Shown here in pieces: positions 1 to 10,500 of a stretch of 54,638 nucleotides of DNA (position 1 is the first letter of the stretch; each line of letters opens with the position of its first letter). A model generated the notes under the pieces. The model saw only the letters and a program-made list of their open reading frames with translations, was not told the origin of the DNA and did not search any database. Made by a program: the position numbers and the translations under genes. Source of the DNA: Lysobacteraceae bacterium (GTDB lineage Bacteria > Pseudomonadota > Gammaproteobacteria > Xanthomonadales > Rhodanobacteraceae); contig JAGWXP010000001.1 of the NCBI GenBank assembly GCA_018969845.1, positions 1-54,638 on the forward strand, in the 5' to 3' direction.

Positions 1-2400
1 GGCGCGCACTGGACGCACATCCAGGGTCATGGATTCGCATCCGGCACACTCGGCCGCATCGGCCTGGCGACTTCCGCAGCGGCCCCGCAGCGGGTGTACG
101 CCACCGTCGATGGCGACGAAGGCGGCCTTTACCGTTCCGACGACGCCGGCGCGAACTGGACGAAGATGACCGGCGACGACCGCATCTGGCAGCGCGGCTG
201 GTATTTCGGCGAGATCGCGGCCGATCCGAAGAATCCGGATCGCATTTACGCGATGAACACCATCGTGCTGCGCTCGGACGACGGTGGCAAGACATTTATC
301 GCACTCAAGGGCGATCAGACCGGTGACGATTTTCATGCGCTGTGGATCGACCCGAACAACCCGCAGCGCCAGATCCTCGGCGTGGACCAGGGCACGCTCG
401 TCACCCTCAACGGCGGTGCGACGTGGAGTTCGTGGTACAACCAACCCACCGCGCAGATCTACCACATCAGCACCGACAACCGTTTCCCGTACTGGATCTA
501 TGGCGCGCAGCAAGACTCGGGCGCCATCGGCCTGCCCAGCCGCGGCGGAAGCGGCGACGGCATTACCATGCGCGAATTCGACGAGGTTGCCGTCGGCGGC
601 GAAAGCGACAACATCGCGCCGGATCCGGACGACCCGCAAACCGTGTTCGGCGGCCGCGTGGACACGCTCGACCTGCGCACGCAGCAGGTACGCAACATCG
701 ATCCGACCCTGGCATTGCCGGGACTCAGCCGCGGCACCTGGACCCTGCCACTGGTGTTTTCGCCACGTCAGCCGCATGCACTGTTTTTCGCCAACCAGCG
801 CGTGTTCCGCACCGACGACCACGGCGAGCATTGGCAACCCATCAGCCCCGATCTCACCCGCGAGGATCCGGGCGCACCAAAAAATCTCGACCCCGTCACT
901 GCCGCGGACAATCTGGGGCAAGGCCCGCGCCGCGGCGTGATTTATACGATCGCGCCTTCGCCAGTCGCCGACGGATTCATCTGGGCCGGCACCGACGATG
1001 GTTTGATCTGGCGAACCCGCGACGGCGGCGTGCACTGGGACAACGTGACGCCGAAAGCGCTCACGCCATGGTCGAAAGTCAGCGAGATCGACGCCTCGTC
1101 ATTTGACGTCGACACTGCGTATGCTGCCATCGACCGACACCGTCTGGACGATCAGAAGCCCTACATCTATCGCACGCATGACGGCGGCAAGAGCTGGCAA
1201 CTCATCGTCGCCGGTCTGCCGGCGAATCAATCGGCGAATGTGGTGCGCGCCGATCCGGTGCGGAAAGGATTGCTGTATGCCGGAACCGAACGCGGCGTGT
1301 ATGTGTCGTTCGACGACGGCAATCATTGGCAGCCGCTGCAGCAAAATCTGCCGGTGACCTCGGTGCGCGACATCGCCATACATGACAAGGATCTTGTGCT
1401 CGCCACACACGGCCGCGGCATCTACGTCATGGATGATATTTCTGTACTGCGTCAAGCTGATGCGAAAGAGGAAAGCGCCAAGTTCTGGCTGTTCGCGCCT
1501 GCGCCGGCATACCGCGTTCGCCTGCCCGAATTCACCGGCACCCCGATGCCAAAGGACGAGCCGATGGCGCCGAATCCGCCACTGGGCGCCTATCTCGATT
1601 ACACATTGAATACACCGCCTAAATCACCGATTAGTATGGATATTTTCGACGCGAACGGTGGCCTGGTTCGGCACTATTCCAGCGCCGATTCGGCGCCGCC
1701 GACCGATCCGTCGAAACTGTCCACCGCGCCGGAATGGGTACAAACACCCAGTACCCTATCGGTTCAGCAGGGCGCACACCGTTTCGTCTGGCCATTGCAC
1801 TATCCGGCGCCGGTCCCAGCCGGAAAACCCGATCCCTGGGCCGACGGTTTATGGGCGCCGCCGGGCGACTATCGCGTAGTGCTCATGGTGGACGGCGTCA
1901 AACAAGAACGGCCGCTGCGGGTTCTTGCCGATCCGCGCGTGCACCTGCCGGCATCGGCCTATGCCGAACAATTCGCGCTGGCACGGTCGATCCAGGCGCA
2001 AAGCGAGCGCGTTGCATCCGCAGCCCGCGAGTCCGATGCCATGCTGCATGCGTTGGATACCATCAAGGCGAAGGGTCTGTCTCACGAGGTGGAAACACTG
2101 CGTATCCGTGTTCAGGCCATCAGCGGCACGCGCTCGGCACCCAATCCGCACAATGTCGGGGCCTTTCCGCCGCGTGACACGAAGAACTTCAAGTTTCTTG
2201 CCGGATTGCTCATGAAGCTCCAGAGTGCGGTCGACGGCGCCGATGCCGCGCCTTCCATCGATGCACAAAACGGCTTCAAGGCTCTGGCGCCGATGGTCGA
2301 TGCCGTGTTACGGGCATGGGATGAGCTCAAGTCGCGTGATCTGGCGGCGTTGAATGCCAGGTTGAAAGCAGTTGGGATGGCGTCAATCGATCTGAAGTGA
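1..2400 (+). CDS. BNR/Asp-box repeat (VPS10-like) beta-propeller glycosyl-hydrolase-like protein, 5'-truncated by the window edge
   Basis: Frame is open from base 1 (GAHWTHIQGHG...). Repeated Asp-box motifs: SDDAGANW, SDDGGKTF, TLNGGATW, TDDHGEHW, TRDGGVHW, THDGGKSW, SFDDGNHW. Confidence 0.8.
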   Translation, partial: GAHWTHIQGHGFASGTLGRIGLATSAAAPQRVYATVDGDEGGLYRSDDAGANWTKMTGDDRIWQRGWYFGEIAADPKNPDRIYAMNTIVLRSDDGGKTFIALKGDQTGDDFHALWIDPNNPQRQILGVDQGTLVTLNGGATWSSWYNQPTAQIYHISTDNRFPYWIYGAQQDSGAIGLPSRGGSGDGITMREFDEVAVGGESDNIAPDPDDPQTVFGGRVDTLDLRTQQVRNIDPTLALPGLSRGTWTLPLVFSPRQPHALFFANQRVFRTDDHGEHWQPISPDLTREDPGAPKNLDPVTAADNLGQGPRRGVIYTIAPSPVADGFIWAGTDDGLIWRTRDGGVHWDNVTPKALTPWSKVSEIDASSFDVDTAYAAIDRHRLDDQKPYIYRTHDGGKSWQLIVAGLPANQSANVVRADPVRKGLLYAGTERGVYVSFDDGNHWQPLQQNLPVTSVRDIAIHDKDLVLATHGRGIYVMDDISVLRQADAKEESAKFWLFAPAPAYRVRLPEFTGTPMPKDEPMAPNPPLGAYLDYTLNTPPKSPISMDIFDANGGLVRHYSSADSAPPTDPSKLSTAPEWVQTPSTLSVQQGAHRFVWPLHYPAPVPAGKPDPWADGLWAPPGDYRVVLMVDGVKQERPLRVLADPRVHLPASAYAEQFALARSIQAQSERVASAARESDAMLHALDTIKAKGLSHEVETLRIRVQAISGTRSAPNPHNVGAFPPRDTKNFKFLAGLLMKLQSAVDGADAAPSIDAQNGFKALAPMVDAVLRAWDELKSRDLAALNARLKAVGMASIDLK

Positions 2401-2405
2401 CGATG

Positions 2406-2541
2406 GCGCCATCCATGGCGCTTTTCCGTTCGGCTCCTGCCTCACCCATGAGCAACCAAGCCACCATCCCTGGTGCGTTGCCGTTCGGCTCCTGCCTCAC
2501 CAGAACCGAAGCTCAGACGATGCGATTCAACGCATCGTCTG
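2406..2541. repeat. Palindromic intergenic repeat family A, locus 1 (two tandem units plus an 11-bp hairpin)
   Basis: Exact 21-nt direct repeat ccgttcggctcctgcctcacc at 2426-2446 and 2481-2501. Each copy follows a small hairpin (gcgcc-atccat-ggcgc; cacc-atccct-ggtg). Then cagacgatgcg-attcaa-cgcatcgtctg at 2514-2541. Confidence 0.8.
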
Positions 2542-2555
2542 GGCGTGCTCCGGTT

Positions 2556-4544
2556 CTACCAATGAACGCCGCGCATCAGCGAAGCGAATGCAACCTGTTC
2601 GCTGGTCGGCTGCGCATCCGACTCGCCGCGTCCCTTCATGCCTTTGGCGGCAGCCGAATCCGGGAACAGACGGAACGCCGTATTCATCAGGATTTCGTAG
2701 GCACGCGGCGCGAGTGCATAGAAGATCTGCGCGAAGGTGCCGAGCCGCGTCGCCATGCGCACCGGCCGTTCGATGATGGCTTCGACGATCATGTCGGCAG
2801 CCTCATTCGGAGAGAGCGTCGGCACCGATTCGTACATCTTGGTCGGCGCGATCATCGGTGTCTTCACCAACGGCATGTTGATCGTGGTGAAGTTGATGCC
2901 GTTGTCGGAGAACTCGGCCTGTGCGCAACGCGAGAACGCGTCAAGCGCGGCCTTGGACGACACGTAGGCCGAAAAGCGCGGTGCGTTGGTAAGAACGCCA
3001 ATCGAGGAGATGTTGATGATATGACCGCGATGGCGCTCGGCCATGCCCGGCAGAAAACCCATGATCAGACGCAGCGAACCGAAATAGTTGAGTTGCATCG
3101 TGCGTTCGAAATCGTGGAAGCGGTCGTAACTGGATGCAATCGCGCGCCGGATCGAGCGCCCGGCGTTGTTGACCAGGATGTCCACGCCCTTGTGTTCGGC
3201 AAGCACTTTCTGCACCAGTTCGTCGCAGGATTTCGGGTCGGACAGATCGGCCACATAGGCGTGGCAGATCCCACCGGCGCCGGCGATTTCCTTGTGCGTC
3301 GCGTTGAGTTCGTCCGCGCCGCGTGCACAGATGATCACCTTCGCGCCTGCGCCTGCGATCTTCAGTGCTGCCGCTTTGCCGATGCCCGATGAACCGCCGG
3401 TGATCAGCACGGTGCGGCCGCGCACCTTGCCCGACAGCGAGTGATCGACGAACAGGTCGGGGTCGAGGTGTCGCTCCCAGTAATCCCACAGCCGCCACGC
3501 GTAATCGGGCAGATCCGGCACGCGAATTTTCGCGCCCTTGAGAGCACGCTCGGTTTCGCGGCAGTCGAAGCGCGTCGGATAGTTGATCATGCCGATTGCG
3601 GCGGCGGGAATGCCCAAATCGCGCAGCACCGCGCTGGTAAACCGCTTGACCGGCGGCAGCCCGGCCAGCGCCTGCTTGATCATCGGCGGAATGAAGCCGA
3701 ACATGCGCGCGTCCAGGCGCATGGTCATCTGCGGCGCATGTCCGGCACGCGCGAAAATGTTCAGCACTTCGCCGATGCGGCGCGGCGCCGGATCGGTGAG
3801 GTGGAAGCAGCCGCCGTCCAGGCCCGGCTTGTGCGCGATGTGATCGAGTGCTGCAGCGACGAAATCCACCGGTACCATGTTCACGCGCCCGCCCTCCAGG
3901 CCGATGGTCGGCATCCACGCCGGCAGCGCTTCGCGCAGTTTCTTCAGCGCGCGGAAGAAGTAGTAGGGACCGTCAATCTTGTCGATTTCACCGGTTTTGG
4001 AATGACCGATGACCACACTGGGCCGATAGATGCGATGCTTGATTTTCGCCTCGCGCACCAGCGCCTCGGCGTCGTGCTTGGTGCGGAAGTACGGATGATC
4101 GAGGTTCTCGGCCTCGGCGAACATGTCTTCGCGGAACACGCCCGGATACATTCCGGCAACCGCGATCGAGCTTGCGTAATGGAAACAGCCGGCCTTCAGT
4201 GCCGCCGCGAGTTCCAGCGCGTGCCGCGTGCCTTCGACGTTGGCCGCGATCTGGCTATCCGCATCCGCGGCGAGATCGTAAATCGCGGCCAGATGAAAGA
4301 AGTGTCTGACCTTACCCGCCAGCGCCTTGCGCTGCGTCGGCGTCAATCCCAGCATCGGTTTGCGCAGGTCGCCGATAACCGGAATCAGGCGCCTGCCCGC
4401 GCTGCCGAAACGCGCGCGCAAATCCTCGAATTTTTTTTGCGATCCTCTGCGTACCAGGCAATGCACGTCGTCTTTGCGCGCCAGCAGGTGTTCCAGCAGA
4501 TGACGTCCGATGAAGCCCGTCGCGCCCGTCACGAAATAGGTCAT
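2556..4544 (-). CDS. Two-domain SDR, probable fatty acyl-CoA reductase
   Basis: N-terminal extended SDR (TGATGFIG, YFRTK) fused to a classical SDR (TGGSSGIG, NNAG, YVSSK). 662 aa from MTYFVTG; next to ACBP and phasin genes. Confidence 0.8.
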   Translation of the reverse strand: MTYFVTGATGFIGRHLLEHLLARKDDVHCLVRRGSQKKFEDLRARFGSAGRRLIPVIGDLRKPMLGLTPTQRKALAGKVRHFFHLAAIYDLAADADSQIAANVEGTRHALELAAALKAGCFHYASSIAVAGMYPGVFREDMFAEAENLDHPYFRTKHDAEALVREAKIKHRIYRPSVVIGHSKTGEIDKIDGPYYFFRALKKLREALPAWMPTIGLEGGRVNMVPVDFVAAALDHIAHKPGLDGGCFHLTDPAPRRIGEVLNIFARAGHAPQMTMRLDARMFGFIPPMIKQALAGLPPVKRFTSAVLRDLGIPAAAIGMINYPTRFDCRETERALKGAKIRVPDLPDYAWRLWDYWERHLDPDLFVDHSLSGKVRGRTVLITGGSSGIGKAAALKIAGAGAKVIICARGADELNATHKEIAGAGGICHAYVADLSDPKSCDELVQKVLAEHKGVDILVNNAGRSIRRAIASSYDRFHDFERTMQLNYFGSLRLIMGFLPGMAERHRGHIINISSIGVLTNAPRFSAYVSSKAALDAFSRCAQAEFSDNGINFTTINMPLVKTPMIAPTKMYESVPTLSPNEAADMIVEAIIERPVRMATRLGTFAQIFYALAPRAYEILMNTAFRLFPDSAAAKGMKGRGESDAQPTSEQVAFASLMRGVHW

Positions 4545-4584
4545 GGATTGTATCCCCTCGGTACCGTGCGCAAAGATAGCAAAG

Positions 4585-4624
4585 CCAACACTTGTTTGAC
4601 ACGTCCGGCCGCTTTTGCCATTGT
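4585..4624 (+). promoter_or_regulatory. Candidate sigma70 promoter for ACBP-tetR overlapped by a PsrA-like box
   Basis: TTGACA at 4596-4601, 17-nt spacer, weak -10 CATTGT. ccaac-actt-gtttg at 4585-4598 is one mismatch from CAAAC-N4-GTTTG. Confidence 0.4.
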
Positions 4625-4664
4625 CCACCGCCGCAGCCGTACGCAAACGCCCGGGGGAAACGAC

Positions 4665-4922
4665 ATGGCCGACCTGAAATCCAAGTTCGCGCAAGCCACG
4701 GAAGACGTCAAGAAACTCGACGAACGCCCCGACAACGACACCCTGCTCAAGCTCTACGCGCTGTTCAAGCAGGGCTCCGACGGCGATGTATCCGGCCCGA
4801 AACCCGGGTTTTTCGATTTCGTCGGCACCGCCAAATACGAGGCGTGGGCAAAACTCAAGGGCATGAAGACCGACGAGGCGATGCAGAAGTACATCGACCT
4901 GGTCAAGAAACTGCGCGGCTGA
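4665..4922 (+). CDS. Acyl-CoA-binding protein (ACBP)
   Basis: 85 aa with ACBP hallmarks LLKLYALFKQG, KPGFFD, AKYEAW, AMQKYI. Confidence 0.92.
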   Translation: MADLKSKFAQATEDVKKLDERPDNDTLLKLYALFKQGSDGDVSGPKPGFFDFVGTAKYEAWAKLKGMKTDEAMQKYIDLVKKLRG

Positions 4923-4939
4923 ATGCAGCGCGCGCGGCG

Positions 4940-5575
4940 ATGGCGACACAGCAAACGCGAGAGCGGATCCTCGACGCCAGCCTGGCGATGTTCAACGCGC
5001 AAGGCGAACCGAACGTCACGACCAATCACATCGCCGACGAGTTGGGTATCAGTCCCGGCAACCTGTATTACCACTATCGCAACAAGGACGACATCGTCGA
5101 GCGCCTGTTCGCGCGCTACGAATCGCGCATGGACGATGCGCTTTCGGTACCCGAAGGCCGCCTGCCGAATCTCGAGGATGTCTGGCTGCAACTGCACCTG
5201 GTCTTCGAGTGCATGTGGGAATACCGTTTCCTGTACCGCGACCTGGTCGACATTCTCGCCCGCAATCGCAAATTGCGGCAGCGCTTTGCGCGCATACTCA
5301 ACCGTGCAGCGGCCAGCGCGCAGGCCGTGCTCAAGGGCCTGGCACAGGCCGAAATCCTGCGTGCGACGCATGACGAAATCCACGCCACCGCCGAGAACGT
5401 TCTCCTGGTAGCCACGTTCTGGCTGAACTACCACGCCGTACGCGGGGTCAATCCGGAACCGGCCCAGAACGACCTCAGCCACGGCATCTATCAGGTGATG
5501 CTGCTGATCGCGCCGTTCCTGCGCGATGCGGAGCGCGTACATCTGAATACGCTGGCGCAGGCCTATCGGCGTTAG
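4940..5575 (+). CDS. TetR/AcrR-family regulator (PhaD-like)
   Basis: HTH TRERIL...NVTTNHIADELGISPGNLYYHYRNK; adjacent to a phasin gene. Confidence 0.88.
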   Translation: MATQQTRERILDASLAMFNAQGEPNVTTNHIADELGISPGNLYYHYRNKDDIVERLFARYESRMDDALSVPEGRLPNLEDVWLQLHLVFECMWEYRFLYRDLVDILARNRKLRQRFARILNRAAASAQAVLKGLAQAEILRATHDEIHATAENVLLVATFWLNYHAVRGVNPEPAQNDLSHGIYQVMLLIAPFLRDAERVHLNTLAQAYRR

Positions 5576-5580
5576 GCCAC

Positions 5581-5606
5581 AAAAAAACGGCCGCACAGGG
5601 CGGCCG
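5581..5606 (-). terminator. Rho-independent terminator of the phasin gene
   Basis: cggccgc-acagg-gcggccg stem-loop with A7 at 5581-5587 (U7 on the minus strand). Confidence 0.75.
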
Positions 5607-5632
5607 CAAGCTTCCGTTGGAGCGTGAATTGT

Positions 5633-6016
5633 TTACTTCGCGGCCTTGAGCTGGCGGCTCAAAGCGCTCATGCGCTGGCTGAGGGCTTCGATATCGGCTT
5701 TCGACGGAATGCCGAGTTTCGCCAGCACGCCGGCGACGGCATTCTGTACGGCTGCGCCGATCTTGACTGCGTTGCGCTTGAGATCGACGCGCAACGGCGC
5801 CACGGCGCCTTTCACATGCACGGCGGCATCGGCACCGACTTCGCGCACGAGCCGCTGCGCGCGTGCCTGAAATTCCCTGCCCTCGGCGGAGAGTCCGGCG
5901 AGCAGTTGGGTGCCGCGCTTCTGCGCGATGGAAACCGCGCCCAGACCGGCCAGCCAGATGGCGTGGGCCTTGCCCGCCGTGGACGACGTCTGATTCTTGT
6001 TCCGCTTGTTAGCCAT
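5633..6016 (-). CDS. Phasin / polyhydroxyalkanoate granule-associated protein (PhaI/PhaF-like)
   Basis: Motifs AHAIWLAGLGA and LGIPSKADIEALSQR. Confidence 0.82.
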   Translation of the reverse strand: MANKRNKNQTSSTAGKAHAIWLAGLGAVSIAQKRGTQLLAGLSAEGREFQARAQRLVREVGADAAVHVKGAVAPLRVDLKRNAVKIGAAVQNAVAGVLAKLGIPSKADIEALSQRMSALSRQLKAAK

Positions 6017-6091
6017 GGTCTGCCTCTGTGGATGGAAACCGCCGCTGGCGGCGTTGAGACAAACGTATCCGCAGCGGCTAGAACATTCACA

Positions 6092-6709
6092 CTAGGCAAT
6101 GTCGAAAAAGTCCACCACCCCGGTTTCCAGCGAATACTCCGCGCCGACCACACTGAAGCCTTTCTGTTCGATCAGGCTTTCCATGAGCTCGGAACCGTGC
6201 CGAAGGTGATTGGTGGATGCACGGATGTTTGCCCGCACCGCTTCGCGGCTCAGAGCCTTCAGGTCGTTGCGCAATTCGGTGCCCATGAGCGGCAACACGC
6301 TCGGCCGCACGCGATTGACGATGGACAGCAGATTCGGCGATTGCGATCCGCCTTGCTGGGTCAATTCCTCGATGGTGGCGGCGATGGCGCCGCACTGGGT
6401 GTGTCCCAGCACCACGACCAGCGGCGTGCCGAAACGTGCCGCGGCGAATTCGACGCTGCCGACCAGCGACGGAGCAATGATGTTGCCGGCGACGCGGATC
6501 ACGAACAGGTCGCCGAGGCCCTGGTCGAAAATGATCTCGGCCGGAACGCGCGAATCCGAACAGCCGAGGATGGTGGCGAACGGTTCCTGTCCCTCCGCCA
6601 GCTGGCGGCGCCGGTTCTGGCTCGCGTGCTGTCCGCCGTTGCGCTGTTCGGAGACAAAACGGCGATTGCCCTGGCGCAGGCGTTCGAGTGCTTCGGATGC
6701 GGAAATCAT
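6092..6709 (-). CDS. Beta-class carbonic anhydrase
   Basis: Zn ligands in GCSDSRV and HTQCGA; GDLFVIRVAGN; start placed at MISASEALERLRQGN. Confidence 0.92.
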   Translation of the reverse strand: MISASEALERLRQGNRRFVSEQRNGGQHASQNRRRQLAEGQEPFATILGCSDSRVPAEIIFDQGLGDLFVIRVAGNIIAPSLVGSVEFAAARFGTPLVVVLGHTQCGAIAATIEELTQQGGSQSPNLLSIVNRVRPSVLPLMGTELRNDLKALSREAVRANIRASTNHLRHGSELMESLIEQKGFSVVGAEYSLETGVVDFFDIA

Positions 6710-6725
6710 CGGTGCGCGTGTCCCA

Positions 6726-7493
6726 TCATCGCAGACGTATCTGGTTGCGTTCCTGCTTGCGGTCCCAGGCGCGCAGCTCGTCGCGCAGGTGCGCGATGCG
6801 CTGGCGCCCGAGCGCGTTGCGTTGCTCATCGAGCACACGGCCATCGAGCAGTTCGGCCAGGCGTTGCGCGGTCGGCAGCATCGCTTCCCACGCGTCGAGC
6901 GCGGACAGCGGCCCCGGCAGGGTCATGAAGAAACTCACGCCCGGCGTGCGCAGGGATTCGATCTGAATCATGTCGAAGCTGCCGGGCTTGACCATGTTGG
7001 CCATGCTGAACACCGGCCCGGCTTCGGGCTTGCCCGACAGCAGACGGTGGAATATGCCCAGATCGCCGAAATCCAGTCCGGCCTTTTCGGCGGCGACGAC
7101 AAGGTCGGGGCCGTGGAAATCCGCGCCTGCCGGTGCGGCGACGAACAGCGTCACGATGCGCTCGATCGGCTGGTCCGAGCGCATTCCTGCGGCGGGCTTC
7201 GTGGCCGCGCCGCCGCCATCTTCATTGCGCTTGGCGGCAATGGCCGAACTCAGGCTTTGCAGCGCTTCGCGCATGCCGACATCCTGTTCGCTTTGCCCCT
7301 GATCGAAGGCGGCGGCTGCAGAATTCGCAGCGCCATCGCCAAAGGTCGGTTCGACGCGTTCGCCGGTCTCGCGCAGCGACGGCATGCGCCTGCCCTGTCC
7401 CGGTCGTCTCGGACGTCCGAACCAGTAGATCAGCGCGAACACGATCGCGCCGGCGATGGCGAGCGGAATTCCGACCGATGCGTTCCAGCTCAT
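6726..7493 (-). CDS. zipA: Cell division protein ZipA
   Basis: N-terminal TM anchor and C-terminal FtsZ-binding domain (GIFHR, FSMANMVKPGSFD, TPGVSFFM); directly downstream of smc. Confidence 0.9.
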   Translation of the reverse strand: MSWNASVGIPLAIAGAIVFALIYWFGRPRRPGQGRRMPSLRETGERVEPTFGDGAANSAAAAFDQGQSEQDVGMREALQSLSSAIAAKRNEDGGGAATKPAAGMRSDQPIERIVTLFVAAPAGADFHGPDLVVAAEKAGLDFGDLGIFHRLLSGKPEAGPVFSMANMVKPGSFDMIQIESLRTPGVSFFMTLPGPLSALDAWEAMLPTAQRLAELLDGRVLDEQRNALGRQRIAHLRDELRAWDRKQERNQIRLR

Positions 7494-7509
7494 GCAAAGT
7501 CTCCAGCGG

Positions 7510-10500
7510 CTAGGCGGCACCCGCCAGTTTAGCCGCTTCGGCCAGATCCACCTGCACCAGCCGCGACACGCCCGGTTCGCGCATGGTCACGCCGCACAAT
7601 TGATGCGCCGCCTCCATCGTGGCCTTGTTGTGGGTGACGAACAGAAACTGCACGCGTTCGCTCATCTCCGTGACAAGCTGCGAGAAGCGGCCGACGTTGG
7701 CTTCGTCCAGCGGCGCGTCGACTTCGTCAAGCAGGCAGAATGGCGCCGGATTGAGCCGGAAAATGGCGAACACCAGCGCGACCGCGGCGAGCGCCTTTTC
7801 GCCGCCGGACAGCAGGGTGATATTGCTCACACGCTTGCCCGGCGGGCGGGCCATGATCGACACCCCCGCATCGAGCAAGTCTTCACCGGTGAGTTCGAGG
7901 AACGCGTGACCGCCGCCGAACAGGCGTGGAAACAGTTCCTGCAGGCCGGTATTGACGCGGTCGAAGGTTTCCTTGAAGCGCTGGCGGGTTTCGCGGTCAA
8001 TCTTCTTGATCGCGCCTTCCAGCGTTTCCAGCGCGGTGTTGAGGTCGGTGAGCTGCGCGTCGAGATAGCTCTTGCGTTGCGATTGCTCCTCGAACTCTGA
8101 AATCGCCGCAAGATTGACCGGCTCCAGGCGTTTGATCTTGGCGTCGAGCACGTCGAGCTGCTGCTGCCATTCGGCCGCATCGGCGCCGGCCGGCAATGCA
8201 TCGAGCACCGCGTGCAGGTCGTGACCCGCGGCGACGATGGCTTCCTGCAACTGCTGCGCGCGCATTTGCAAGCCCTGGTGGGTCAGGCGCCGTTCGGCGT
8301 GAGCCTCGCGGTGCTGCGCCAGCATATGTTCGACGCGATGGCGCTCGGCCTCGTAACCGCGGAATTCGCTGTCGCGCTCCTCGACGCCCTGACGTGCCTC
8401 GACCAGTTGTTTGTCGACGAGCAGACGCTGGTTGAGATAGGTCTGACGCTCGGCTTCGATGGTGGCCAGCGGTGCATGTCCGGATTCGAGTTGCTGCGCG
8501 ATCTCGGACCGCCGAGCCTCAAGCTGCGCGAGCTGGCTGTGCATGCGCAGCAGCGCCTGTTCGAGTGCGGCCACCGCGGTGCGTTTGGATTCGATGCCGA
8601 GCGCATGTTGATGTGCGCGATCGGCGGCTTCGCGAGCGTTCAGGCGCGCTTCCTCGCGCGCCTCGAGCAGACGCCGGCGTTCACCATCCAGATACTGGCG
8701 ACGCTGTTCCTCGTCGCCCATGCGCGCCACTGCCTGCTCCAGCCGCGCCCGTGCCTCGCGCGTGGCCGCTTCGTCCGTTTGCATGCGCGCCTGCAGTACC
8801 GCGATCTCCTCGTCGATCTTGACCACGCGCGAGCGCGCCGTGTCGATGCGGCCGCCGTGGCTTTGCATCTGTCCGGCAAGTTCGGCGACGCGCCGATGTG
8901 CGGTATACAGCTCGCGTTGGGCGTCGTCGCGTGCGCTTTCCGCTTCCGCCTTGCGCGCCTTGATCGCTTCGATCTCGGCGGTAAGTTCGTCCGCGCGCGC
9001 CTGCGCCAGCGCGATCTCGCCGCGCAATTCCTGGATTTCGCGTTCGCGCGCAAGCATGCCCGCCTGCGCGCCGCCGCGGCGCAACACGCGCGCGTAGCCG
9101 GCGCCGAGCCACACCCCATCGCGTGTGATGACGGACGCATGCGCGGCCAGATTAGCGGCGATGCGATTCGCCTCGTCCAACGAATCGGCCACGCGCACCT
9201 GCGCGAGCATATCGATGGCTGCCTGCGGTCCGCGCACCAGCGCGGCCAATGTACCCATCGGGACGTTGCCGCCTTCGCGCGGCTCGACCAGAGCCAGATT
9301 GGCCTCACGTACGCCGACCAGTTCAGCGGCGTGATTGCGCGGCGCCTCCGAGAGTACGCCTTCGAGCAGACCGCCGAGCACGGTTTCCACCGCGGTTTCC
9401 CAGCCCGCTTCGACGCGCAAGACTTCGCCGAGCCGGCGCGACTTGTCCAGGCCCAGCCTGGCGAGCCACTCGCTCGCGGCGGATTTTTCCTGGCCAAGCG
9501 CCGCATGCTGCAGCGCCTCCAGCGACGCCAGGCGACCGCGCAATCCCTGCAGACGCGTCCGCGCTTCGTTCAGTGCGACGGCGTTCGTGCGTTCGGCCTC
9601 CAGCACGTGTTCGTAGGCGGCGCGGCGTTCTTCCAGAAGGCGGCTGTGCAACTCGACCGTTTGCTTGTGCGCAGCGTGTTCGGCGGTCAGTTTGTCCAGT
9701 TGCTCGCGCAGCGCGTCGAAATCGGCGCCGCGCTTTTCCGCCTGCAGGGTTTCCAGGCGACGCGCCGTCTCCAGCGCCTGCTTGTCCAGATAATCCAGGC
9801 GCGTGCGTTCGACCTCGGCTTCTTTCGAGGCGTCGCCGGAAGCCCTGGCGTAAGCGTCCCATTGCGTCTGCCATTCGGCGAGTTTCGCTTCTGCTTCGCG
9901 CTGCGCGTCGGCGGTTTTCGTCGCGGTTTCGTTGAGCGCGGCGAGTTTCGGCTCGCCTTCGGCCAGCGCCGTGCGCAACAGTTCGATCTGCTCCCGGTCG
10001 CCGCCGATGTGCTCACCCAGTTCCGCACGCGTCTTTTCGGTTTCCGCGCGCGCACGCTCCAGACGTTCGCGCAGTTCCCGGTTGTGCTGGATCTGCTGCT
10101 CGACGCGCGCGATCTCTCCGCCGATGCGATAGACCTCGCCCTGCACCTTGCTCAGATGGTCGCTGGCGGACTGGTGTTTTTCGCGGTGCGCCTCGATCTG
10201 CGCCTCGACCTGGCGCTGCTCGGCGACAAGTCCTTCGATGGCGATATCCGCCTGTACCAGCGCATGCTGATGTTCATCGATCTCGCCGGCGATGGCGCGG
10301 TAATGCACGCCGCGCAGTTCCGCCTCGCGGCGCGCGTGCTCGGCCTTGAGTTCCTGCCAGCGCGCCGCGGCCCTGGCCTGACGGTTGAGGTGTTCGAGCT
10401 GCTTGTCGACTTCCTCGCGCACGTCGTTCAGGCGTTCGAGATTCTCGCGCGTGGCCTTGATGCGGCTTTCGGTTTCCTTACGCCGTTCCTTGTACTTGGA

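Noticed and set aside
1380-2400. Apparent drop in GC in the 3' half of the BNR-repeat gene, suggesting a chimera
   Set aside because: Based on spot counts only; no breakpoint can be supported without a computed profile.
2426-2501. Two 21-nt direct repeats with a 34-nt spacer as a mini CRISPR array
   Set aside because: Only two units, no cas genes or leader, and the spacer is itself part of the repeated palindromic unit found again at 38390.
4545-4949. N-terminal extension of the 797-aa ORF 2556-4949
   Set aside because: The extension is antisense to the ACBP gene; the Rossmann motif starts at ATG 4544.
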